From an uncultured Planctomycetaceae bacterium (GTDB lineage Bacteria > Planctomycetota > Planctomycetia > Planctomycetales > Planctomycetaceae), in contig CAWFGE010000015.1 in assembly GCA_963815195.1 (NCBI GenBank), forward strand, positions 384,001 through 448,000: a stretch of 64,000 nt of DNA, given 5' to 3'. Under the pieces are notes generated by a model. That model searched no databases. It was not told the DNA's origin and saw only the letters and a program-made list of their open reading frames with translations. A program made the translations under genes and the position numbers. Shown one piece after another: positions 22,449 to 29,900 of the stretch; within the stretch, counting starts at the first letter, position 1, and every line of letters starts with the position of its first letter.

Positions 22449-22582
22449 GTTTTTGAGACAATCGTTGAGACGAAGCTCGGCTGGGATCGTGTTCTGCTTC
22501 GGAGACAATCTGCTGTTGTTGGGAGCAAGAAATCAACAAGCCCTAATCGCACGAACACTTCACCAAGGCGCTGGCAGCTTCC

Positions 22583-22700
22583 GTAGGGCCGGCTCCCGCC
22601 TGCCTTCCTTTGGTGGTACGATTTGAGGATGCCCAATTATCGTCGGGCCCTCCAGCGACGCTATTACGAATCTCAAAAGGAAGGCTGCCCTACACTTACT
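22583..22700. repeat. GTAG-type REPIN family D, copy 1, with RAYT-like start (MPNYRRA)
   Basis: Left arm gtagggccggctcccgcctgccttcctt, truncated right arm aaggaaggctgccctac, then acttact. GAGG followed by ATGCCCAATTATCGTCGGGCC at 22629-22649. Confidence 0.75.
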
Positions 22701-22710
22701 AAGAGTCTTT

Positions 22711-22830
22711 CGGGTGCCACTGGCAACTTGTTGCCAGTGCTTTCCAGCAGCATGGAATCGGGGGGCGTTTCAAAACTCGCTTGGTTCATACGATTCACAC
22801 TGGCAGGCAAGCTGCCAGTGGCACCCGGCG
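22711..22830. repeat. REPIN family B, inverted orientation, different spacer
   Basis: Arms cgggtgccactggcaacttgttgccagtg and cactggcaggcaagctgccagtggcacccggcg. Fused via ggcg to a family-D arm ending at 22844. Confidence 0.8.
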
Positions 22831-22849
22831 GGAGCCTGCCTTACATCTA

Positions 22850-22902
22850 CTGCCCACCGATTATCAAACAGCTTCGAGAATGGTGGGCGATGCCCACCCT
22901 AC
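22850..22902. repeat. GTAG-type REP (GTAGGGTGGGCA..TGCCCACC family E)
   Basis: ctgcccacc ... ggtgggcgatgcccaccctac. The same family occurs at 26978-27047 and 29875-29897. Confidence 0.7.
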
Positions 22903-22908
22903 ACGACT

Positions 22909-23012
22909 CCACACAGGATTACACCGTCGATGAACAAGGCAATTTTGATCCTCAATTCGAGAAATTCAAAATGGACAATTTGAAGATCATTCGCTCAATC
23001 CTTCAACCTTAA
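22909..23012 (+). pseudogene. Start-less C-terminal gene tail (possible toxin tip)
   Basis: AT-rich open frame DYTVDEQGNFDPQFEKFKMDNLKIIRSILQP* begins just after a REP and stops just before the RBS of the next gene. Confidence 0.4.
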
Positions 23013-23026
23013 ATCTGGAGAACAAG

Positions 23027-23951
23027 ATGTTTCGATTTAGCCTTCTCACAATAACCGTATTTGGTTTGATGGTCGCCCCGGCCAAGTGCGAAGATCCTAA
23101 ACTCGAATTAAAGCTCTCCGTTTCCAAGAGCGAAATCGTTCAATTGGAGCCAATTGTTCTAACAGTCTCTGTGCAAAATCTGTCGAAAGAACCTCAAAAA
23201 ATTTATCCGATATTTGATCCAGATGCACATTACCTAAAGATTTTCTTAACAACGGACGAAGGAAAGACCTCTTGGGTACGTTCAGGACTAATTAGCGATA
23301 TTTCCTGCAAGCCATACACGTTTTCTCCAAAGGACGTGATCCGCTATAGGCTGATGCTTTCGGGACAACCCAAGGACTGGACGGATAGGCCGGGCGAGTA
23401 TAAATTGCACATTACGTTTAGTTGTCTCAAAGACGCCAAACCGCTGGAATCCAAGCCGGTGAAGTTGACCGTCAAACCGGCGGAAGGGGTCGATAAAGAG
23501 GCTCTGGATCGGTTTCGCGGGTATCCGCAAGCCGAGTTTCTCGCCAGGGGATCGACAGCCGAGGCCATCGCTGAACAATTTCGGTTCGTGATCCGAAAAT
23601 TTCTCGAACGATCTTTATACCCCGTGGTGTTATTACATCCTGGGCTGGGCCGCGCAAAACGACGACTTTGCCTCACAGGAGTCAAAAGCAGATGCTGCCA
23701 GAGATTATTATGGAAGGCTTCTCAAGGAATATCCGAAATTCCCCATGAAGACCGAAGTGGAATACGAAATGGCCCGCGAGTTATTGCGGCTGGGAAAGGA
23801 TGATGAGGCAGCCATCGACCAAATCGAAAGCCTTGTCAACAAACATAAAGACCTCAATGTGTTTCGGGATGCTAGTTTCACATTAAATTCATTCCGTGAA
23901 AGAGGCAGAATCGCCCCCGCAGAAGAATTGCCGCCCCACTATCCGCAATAA
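23027..23951 (+). CDS. Secreted Ig-like + TPR-like protein (possible immunity/accessory protein), frameshift at about 23600
   Basis: GGAG RBS, signal peptide, beta-rich N-terminal domain. Removing one T gives KFSNDLYTPWCYYILG...YYGRLLKEYPKF, which joins ORF 23745..23951. Confidence 0.7.
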
Positions 23952-24153
23952 CCCGAAACCGCCATGTCTCCCCACGGCCTCAAAGGTCGTGAGGATTCTT
24001 CTTCAGAAAGAATTGGACTCGTCCCGAATCCGAGGTTATAGTGAAGACGACATGGGAATTTTACTGCACTGGAAATGCACGCAATGGGTGCCAGAAGGGG
24101 CAAAATCAAGCCGATGCGAGCGAATGCGAGTTGCACATCTAAGCCTAGAAAAC

Positions 24154-24302
24154 AGTAAGTGTAGGGCAGGCTCCTGCCTGCCTTCCTTAACAGCATTTCC
24201 CGACTATGTGGAAACCTTCAACCGGGGACGTGGGCTCGACGATCAATGGGCGTCCTCGCATCCAACCGAAGGAAGGCAGGCGGGAGCCTGCCCTACTCGG
24301 CT
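24154..24302. repeat. GTAG-type REPIN family D, copy 2
   Basis: Arms gtagggcaggctcctgcctgccttcctt (24161) and aaggaaggcaggcgggagcctgccctac (to 24296), then tcggct. The minus-strand interior reads TPIDRRAHVPG. Confidence 0.85.
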
Positions 24303-24884
24303 GGGCGGCCATTTCTAGCGCTCGAGGCACCTTCAACAGACTTGACAACGGCTCCAAAGCTTGGGAGTGTACCACGGGTTCGTCAAAAGTTTGACGCCAC
24401 ACAACTCAGCGAAGAAGCGGTCGACATTGCAATTGCGAAGTCGATCCGCCGAAAATCGGGGGCAACCGGCAACTCATCAAGACAAATTGTAGCAACACAG
24501 GATCAAGCCGAATTCATTTTGAAGAAAATGACCGTATGGCGTAGAAATGTGCATGCCGAGAATCCACATTTGGCGTCCTTGCCTTCCAACGTTAAAGGCA
24601 CAATCCTGCATAGTTCCGTATCGAAAAGGATGAGGCGACTAAATGTTGCTGGCTTACGGATTAATGAAAGGTTGTACTCACCGTTCCATGCACCCGGCAC
24701 GAGTCAGTATCGGAGTCCCATAACCGGTCAACCCTACACTTACCGAATTCCCGACTTTAGGATGCAACCTACTATCTTCGATATCAAGCCGAAAGGAACT
24801 CCGCTCACGGGTCCTCAAGTCGATGACTTCATGTCATTTGGTAACACCAATGACATTCGATTTATCTATTACAGACCATTTTGA
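24303..24884 (+). pseudogene. Orphan polymorphic-toxin C-terminal domain, PD-(D/E)xK restriction-endonuclease fold
   Basis: Open frame starting at the REPIN edge with no evident native start. Basic sequence with H...RIPD...IFDIK...Q motif. Confidence 0.65.
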
Positions 24885-24889
24885 TTGAG

Positions 24890-25297
24890 ATGAATAAAAT
24901 GCTGACCCGAGCTGAAATATTGAAAATGCTTGTTGGTTTGAAAGAGGTCAACGACATTGACCTGCTAATGGATGATGACATATTGAATGCCAGTTGCATT
25001 GAATCAGACAAGCCAACCGTTCGAGCTATGGCTACCATCATCGACCAGATCTACAACGACTTCGACTACGAGTCAAGTCCTGAGTTTTTGCAGAAGATCG
25101 AGGGCAAGTCCGAGCAAGTGCAAGCCATGCATCGAAGGTTGCTTAACGAGGAAAAGCTCAAGCAGGCAGGAAAGCGACTTGGCGAATCGCTAACGGCCAT
25201 TTTGGATTCAGAAGATGCCTTTAATCTCGTGACTGTTGCTCATCATGACCGATTGGAGGCACTAAAGGAACTAGCAAAGTCACTATCTGAAACGTAG
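24890..25297 (+). CDS. Putative cognate immunity protein
   Basis: Acidic ~135-aa ORF immediately after the nuclease stop, with the same AT-richer composition. Confidence 0.6.
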   Translation: MNKMLTRAEILKMLVGLKEVNDIDLLMDDDILNASCIESDKPTVRAMATIIDQIYNDFDYESSPEFLQKIEGKSEQVQAMHRRLLNEEKLKQAGKRLGESLTAILDSEDAFNLVTVAHHDRLEALKELAKSLSET

Positions 25298-25627
25298 GTT
25301 CATTGCCGTTGCCCGTGTGTGCCCGTCTTAATTCTGATCGCATTCGTTGCCGAATTAACGCTGTAGGGGTTTTGGCTTGTTGATTGCCGTTTTGCCGAAT
25401 TGTTGCGAATTCTGGAGAGGGTGGGTGCGATGGTCTTGGACAACTCGCATCTTGCGTTGCTGTTCGTTGGTCGTTGGTCGCGGACAGAAGGTCACCCGCG
25501 CGCCACTCGCACATGTTCCACCACATCCTCCCGCACGCCCTCGCAAACCAAGCGAACGCCCGCAGGCAACCCAGAAGCCACCATCCAAAGCCCGCCAGCA
25601 TCCGTGCCCCCATACTGCCATTCCTCC

Positions 25628-25951
25628 TGTTCGGCGACGATTGGTTTTCCACTTTAGCGGCGATTAGAATTTCTGCCGAGTCGGTGAATTAACGCTCCGA
25701 AGGTGCCTGTGAGTCTTTGCCAGATTTGGCTTCTTTTGCCGTTTCCACGCGGTAGCTGGGGACGTTCAATTCCAGGATGACGCTGTGGTGGACTAGGCGG
25801 TCGATGGCCGCGGCGGTCGTCATCGCGTCCTTGAAGATTTGGTCCCACTTGCTGAAGGCCAGGTTGCTCGTCAAGAGCACGCTGCCGCGTTCGTAGCGTT
25901 CGGCCAACAGCGTAAACAGCACTTCCATCTCCTCGCGACTTTGCTGCACAT
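25628..25951 (-). mobile_element. IS21-family remnant (right end plus 3' part of istB)
   Basis: The istB tail is followed on the minus strand by attctaatcgccgctaaagtggaaaaccaatcgtcgccgaaca, an IS21-style repeated end finishing in CA. Confidence 0.7.
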
Positions 25952-25958
25952 AGCCGAG
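25689..25958 (-). pseudogene. istB: IS21 helper ATPase, C-terminal fragment
   Basis: LGYVQQSREEMEVLFTLLAERYERGS..TSNL..W..IF..AAIDRLVHH..SYR. Truncated at the REPIN just after the expected Walker B. Confidence 0.9.
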
Positions 25959-26096
25959 TAGGGCCGGCTGTGCCGGCCTTTTGTTTTTGACACAACGATT
26001 TTTCTCGCACCAAATGGCCGGCATACCCAGCCGCCAATTGGGCATAAGTATGATTCCCTTCGTCGAAAAGGCCGGCACAGCCGGCCCTACTCGGCT
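25952..26096. repeat. GTAG-type REPIN family C, copy 1 (145 bp)
   Basis: Perfect terminal inverted repeats agccgagtagggccggctgtgccggcctttt / aaaaggccggcacagccggccctactcggct. Identical copies at 29083-29354. Confidence 0.95.
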
Positions 26097-26821
26097 TATT
26101 TGGCATCCGGCAAAAGCGTTTTGGCCCCTGTTTCGATCTTCTTCAAAGTGAAAACAAACGTCGTCGTGCGGGGACGATTGGGATTGAGCAAATCTTGAAA
26201 CTCCACCTTCGCGGCAAGCAGCCCCGTGGGAACTTTCCCGTGGGACCAGAATTGATAGTGGCATTTTGCGGATTGCTGGCCGTCTTGAAAGGTCTTTAGG
26301 GCCTTGGTGCCGGCTTTTGCGACGAGTTTTCCCGATTGATACTCGACAGTCTTCGCCTCGTTGAGTTCCGACATTTCTTTGAAAGCATTCGGGAGAAAAA
26401 ACGCCGCCAGATAAGCATCCTTGGTCTTGGCAAAATTCTGTTCGACGCGTCGTGCTTTAAGCGAAGTTCCTCCAACCCAAATTCGCTTGATGCCATCCAG
26501 GGACGACTTGCCGTTGCCAATCTGTTGCTCGGAAACCAGGATTTTTTGAACCATGTGGACGATCGGTTTGCCTTCATTGAGATCGCGAATCACAAATTCC
26601 AGCCATCGGCAAGGCTCGCCGTCTTCAGTGGTGCGGTTGAGCGTCTTGACAATCAACTCGGCCACCATGGGATCCTTCTGGCCCTCGCCTTTGAGTTCGA
26701 GATGGTAATAAACCGCCTCGCCTTCTTTGGGCAATCGCTGCACCAGAAAATTCGCAAAAGCCGAGTTCGTATGTCCCGCGGCAGCGAGGAGCACAACAAG
26801 TTTAAGGAGATTTCGCATCAT
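26096..26821 (-). CDS. Secreted hypothetical protein
   Basis: 241-aa ORF with a signal peptide (ending SAFA). Its TAA stop abuts the REPIN edge. Confidence 0.75.
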   Translation of the reverse strand: MMRNLLKLVVLLAAAGHTNSAFANFLVQRLPKEGEAVYYHLELKGEGQKDPMVAELIVKTLNRTTEDGEPCRWLEFVIRDLNEGKPIVHMVQKILVSEQQIGNGKSSLDGIKRIWVGGTSLKARRVEQNFAKTKDAYLAAFFLPNAFKEMSELNEAKTVEYQSGKLVAKAGTKALKTFQDGQQSAKCHYQFWSHGKVPTGLLAAKVEFQDLLNPNRPRTTTFVFTLKKIETGAKTLLPDAK

Positions 26822-26860
26822 CGGGCCTTTCGCAAGAGAGTATTCCGGTTTTATCGAAGA

Positions 26861-26977
26861 TTAAGCGAATATGAGCCTTCCACGCGGCGTAGGTATCGGA
26901 CGGCCGAGTTCCTTTGCCGTCTCAATCCACTCCCGGATGACGACTTCCATATTCGCGAGCGCCTCCTGGTAAGTTTC
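26861..26977 (-). pseudogene. hicB: HicB-family antitoxin, C-terminal fragment
   Basis: ETYQEALANMEVVIREWIETAKELGRPIPTPRGRLIFA. The N-terminus is replaced by a REP. Confidence 0.8.
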
Positions 26978-27047
26978 GTAGGGTGGGCACTGCGGTGGGC
27001 ACTGCCCACCAATTCTAAAAAACTCCGATTGGTGGGCGGTGCCCACC
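26978..27047. repeat. REP doublet family E, right arm interrupted by IS
   Basis: gtagggtgggcactgcggtgggcactgcccacc ... ggtgggcggtgcccacc, followed directly by the IS left end. Confidence 0.8.
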
Positions 27048-28515
27048 CACCCCTTTCAACATGTTAGTTTTTTGCTATAAGTCGCTTCTACAGGGATTGT
27101 TGTATCAAACCTTATGGAGGCGGCAAGGATGTGGCCCGACGCTGTGCTTGATCGTTTTGTGGAACAATGTCCAGCAGCAGTGATGGTTCGAGCGACGCTC
27201 GAGAATCTTGTGTCGCCGGATCGCCTGGATGAGATTTTCGCCGACGCTTCGCAGAGACAATACGAGAAAGAATTGCTGTTTTCGCAAGTGGTGGCCCTGA
27301 TGATGGGCGTGGCGACGCGGACGCACAAGTCGGTCCATGCCGGGTACTTGGCGGCCAAGGAGCAACTGGCGGTTTCGCCGGCCGCACTTTATGGCAAGTT
27401 GAACCGTCTGGAACCCGGCCTTTCGGCGACGATGATCCGGGAAACGAGCCAGGACGCGGCTCAAGTCATCGATTCCATGCCGGGAGCGTGCCGCGAACTT
27501 TTGCCGGGCTATCACGTGCAGTATTTGGATGGGAATCATTTGGCGGCGACTGAGCATCGGCTGGCGGAATTGCGCGTCACGCGGGAAGGCCCTTTGCCCG
27601 GCCAGACCTTGGCGCTTCTGGACGCGCAGCGGGATCTGATTTCGGAACTGCTCCCGTGTGAAGACGGGCATGCTCAGGAACGTTCGCTTCTGCCGGAGCT
27701 TCTGGAATGGATCCGGGCCGAGACGGTGACAATCGCCGACCGGAACTTCTGCACGACCAAGTTTCTGTTTGGAATTGTCAAGCAGTCGGCCTACTTTGTC
27801 ATTCGCCAACACGCTTCGACACTCACCTGGAAACTCGTCGGTCGCCGGAAACGCATCGGACGCATCGAAACGGGTGTTGTTTTCGAGCAGTCGGCCGAGC
27901 TGTCCCAGGGTGAAGAGACGTTGCGAGTCCGGCGGATCACCATCCAATTGGATACGCCCACAGAGAATGGTGACACTGAGATTCACATCCTGACCAACTT
28001 GCCTGTCAAAGTCGCCAATGCGCAAAAAGTGGCTTTTCTGTATCGCAAGCGCTGGACGATTGAAGAAGCCTTCCAAACTCTGACCGAGGTGTTGCGCTGC
28101 GAAGTGGAGACGCTGGGCTACCCCAAGGCGGCGCTGTTCGCCTTCGCCACGGCGGTTTTGGCTTATAACACCTATGCCGTGGTGAAAGCGGCGCTGCGAT
28201 CGGTTCACGGTGAAGAAACGATCGATGAAGAACTGTCGGACTACCACCTGACGCAGGACGTGACTGCCACGACGGTGGGCATGAACATTGCCGTGGACGC
28301 CGAAGCCTGGCAACACTATCAAATCATGTCTGCTGGAAAACTTGCGAGCGAGTTGGTGCGACTTGCTACACGCATCGACTTGACGCGTTACCCCAAAAAG
28401 AAACGCGGGCCGAAAAAACCACAGCCTCGAAAAAAGAGCGGCAAACGGAATCACCATATCTCCACCGCGCGAACTCTGGCCAAATCCAGGGGTAAGTGAC
28501 ATGTTGAAAGGGGTG
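27048..28515 (+). mobile_element. IS4-family insertion sequence (1468 bp)
   Basis: Perfect 17-bp terminal inverted repeats CACCCCTTTCAACATGT (27048-27064 and 28499-28515). No matching flanking direct repeat. Confidence 0.9.
27114..28499 (+). CDS. IS4-family DDE transposase
   Basis: YLDGN, IADRNF and YRKRWTIEEAF (YREK-like) motifs, with a basic C-terminal tail. Confidence 0.9.
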   Translation: MEAARMWPDAVLDRFVEQCPAAVMVRATLENLVSPDRLDEIFADASQRQYEKELLFSQVVALMMGVATRTHKSVHAGYLAAKEQLAVSPAALYGKLNRLEPGLSATMIRETSQDAAQVIDSMPGACRELLPGYHVQYLDGNHLAATEHRLAELRVTREGPLPGQTLALLDAQRDLISELLPCEDGHAQERSLLPELLEWIRAETVTIADRNFCTTKFLFGIVKQSAYFVIRQHASTLTWKLVGRRKRIGRIETGVVFEQSAELSQGEETLRVRRITIQLDTPTENGDTEIHILTNLPVKVANAQKVAFLYRKRWTIEEAFQTLTEVLRCEVETLGYPKAALFAFATAVLAYNTYAVVKAALRSVHGEETIDEELSDYHLTQDVTATTVGMNIAVDAEAWQHYQIMSAGKLASELVRLATRIDLTRYPKKKRGPKKPQPRKKSGKRNHHISTARTLAKSRGK

Positions 28516-28590
28516 ATTGACCGCATCGTAACTGTAGCTGTACCGGCCCGTGGCATCGCTCATGAGGGTTCGGTTGCCGACGCTATCGAA
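28516..28590 (-). pseudogene. Rhs/YD-repeat fragment
   Basis: Translates as FDSVGNRTLMSDATGRYSYSYDAVN and is cut exactly by the IS right end. Confidence 0.75.
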
Positions 28591-28665
28591 GGGTGTCCTA
28601 ATTCCGAACGCCCTCTTGGCATCTTTTGGCCAGCACAGCTTTACCCGACAATTCTGATTGGCCCT

Positions 28666-28959
28666 TCAGAAATTTTGGTAACCAATAGTTCTGAGTATCT
28701 CCATATCAAGCAAAAAAAAGACGCGTAGCCAATAAAATGGCTTTACAATGATACTGTCAGGAAAATAAGCCACCCACCAAATCACTGGTTGGTATAACAA
28801 AACCCACCAAGTGGGAGGGGCAAATCCAAAAAAACCACCTTGGCCCTCTGGGACGATTAACCCTTCCATATCAGCCCAACATCGAAGAGTTGGAGCTGCA
28901 CTAGCAAGATAGAGGAACGCAAATACAGAAAAATCCAACCACGGAAGAGACAATACCAT
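28666..28959 (-). CDS. Small AT-rich membrane protein (possible immunity protein)
   Basis: Hydrophobic, Trp-rich 97-aa ORF between a truncated gene tail (29082-29013) and an Rhs fragment. Start uncertain. Confidence 0.45.
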   Translation of the reverse strand: MVLSLPWLDFSVFAFLYLASAAPTLRCWADMEGLIVPEGQGGFFGFAPPTWWVLLYQPVIWWVAYFPDSIIVKPFYWLRVFFLLDMEILRTIGYQNF

Positions 28960-29082
28960 AGCAATACGAACAGCTTTCTCACGCTTTACATCCTTCTGCT
29001 TATTGGGTGAACCTATTCCTTCGGTTCGGTAAGCCCTACTTTAATCGCCAAGTTCTGTTTTGTTGTGGAAATGTTTTGAGCG

Positions 29083-29354
29083 AGCCGAGTAGGGCCGGCT
29101 GTGCCGGCCTTTTGTTTTTGACACAACGATTTTTCTCGCACCAAATGGCCGGCATACCCAGCCGCCAATTGGGCATAAGTATGATTCCCTTCGTCGAAAA
29201 GGCCGGCACAGCCGAGTAGGGCCGGCTGTGCCGGCCTTTTGTTTTTGACACAACGATTTTTCTCGCACCAAATGGCCGGCATACCCAGCCGCCAATTGGG
29301 CATAAGTATGATTCCCTTCGTCGAAAAGGCCGGCACAGCCGGCCCTACTCGGCT
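29083..29354. repeat. REPIN family C, tandem dimer (127-bp period)
   Basis: A copy lacking its last 18 bp (29083-29209) is fused to a full copy (29210-29354). Both are identical to 25952-26096. Confidence 0.95.
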
Positions 29355-29356
29355 GG

Positions 29357-29482
29357 TTACAAGATATGATGAATAACCACATAGGACATGAATGCGCAGG
29401 TAAAGTCGCGTTCGCTATGGCCCCTTGGGGTTTATTTAAATGTATAACGTGTGATGATTGCTGTAAAACGAAGAGGAGATAA
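29357..29482 (+). pseudogene. Cys-rich C-terminal tail of a probable Rhs-type toxin
   Basis: LQDMMNNHIGHECAGKVAFAMAPWGLFKCITCDDCCKTKRR* is open from the REPIN edge and has a DxxNNxxG..C..CxxCC pattern. Confidence 0.5.
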
Positions 29483-29485
29483 TGA

Positions 29486-29806
29486 ATGCCGAAAGGATCT
29501 GTAACTAACTCGCATTTGCTGAAGTGTTACAGCATCACCTTTTTAATCATAGGTGCGTGCCTTTTGCTCTATTCTGTTTTGGGAAGCCCGTTGTACACTT
29601 ACGCATTAGCCGAACTGATCGAAGAACGTATTTCACAAAACTCTAACCCAAACGATACACGAATGACCATTTGGGAGCTTCTTTCAGCGAGGAACTTTGT
29701 TGGGAATATAGTAATGGGAGTTTCCGGAGGATTAATCTCCTTATTGTCAGTTTTATCATACTGGACGATACGGCAACTGGGCCAATCTGGACAGGAAGTG
29801 ACGTAG
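29486..29806 (+). CDS. Two-TM small protein (putative immunity protein)
   Basis: GAGGAG RBS, two hydrophobic segments, AT-rich, starts 3 bp after the tail stop codon. Confidence 0.65.
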   Translation: MPKGSVTNSHLLKCYSITFLIIGACLLLYSVLGSPLYTYALAELIEERISQNSNPNDTRMTIWELLSARNFVGNIVMGVSGGLISLLSVLSYWTIRQLGQSGQEVT

Positions 29807-29874
29807 CCTCGTGGTGCGGACCGATCCGACTACATCCTCACACCGCAATTGGTCCTCACAGCCTCGTAGGCTCC

Positions 29875-29897
29875 GGGCAGCGCGGTGCCCACCCTAC
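29875..29897. repeat. REP family E arm at the right border of the island
   Basis: gggcagcgcggtgcccaccctac, three bases from the stop of the PSD1 gene. Confidence 0.55.
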
Positions 29898-29900
29898 CTT

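Noticed and set aside
23952..24153. Short Cys-containing open frames between the TPR-like gene and REPIN D
   Set aside because: Several frames are open and none has a start, RBS or motif I can support.
25298..25627. Possible second IS end or ncRNA (tgcccgtcttaattctg..., repeated ttgccgaatt)
   Set aside because: No partner inverted repeat or recognisable structure in the window.
25959..26264. N-terminal part of the 191-aa ORF fused to istB, and ORFs 29013..29336 and 29041..29382
   Set aside because: Read-through of REPIN sequence, not real coding regions.
22427..29899. Possible CRISPR array or integron
   Set aside because: The repeats are palindromic REP doublets of several families with irregular spacing. 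No cas genes, no tyrosine integrase and no recognisable attC series.
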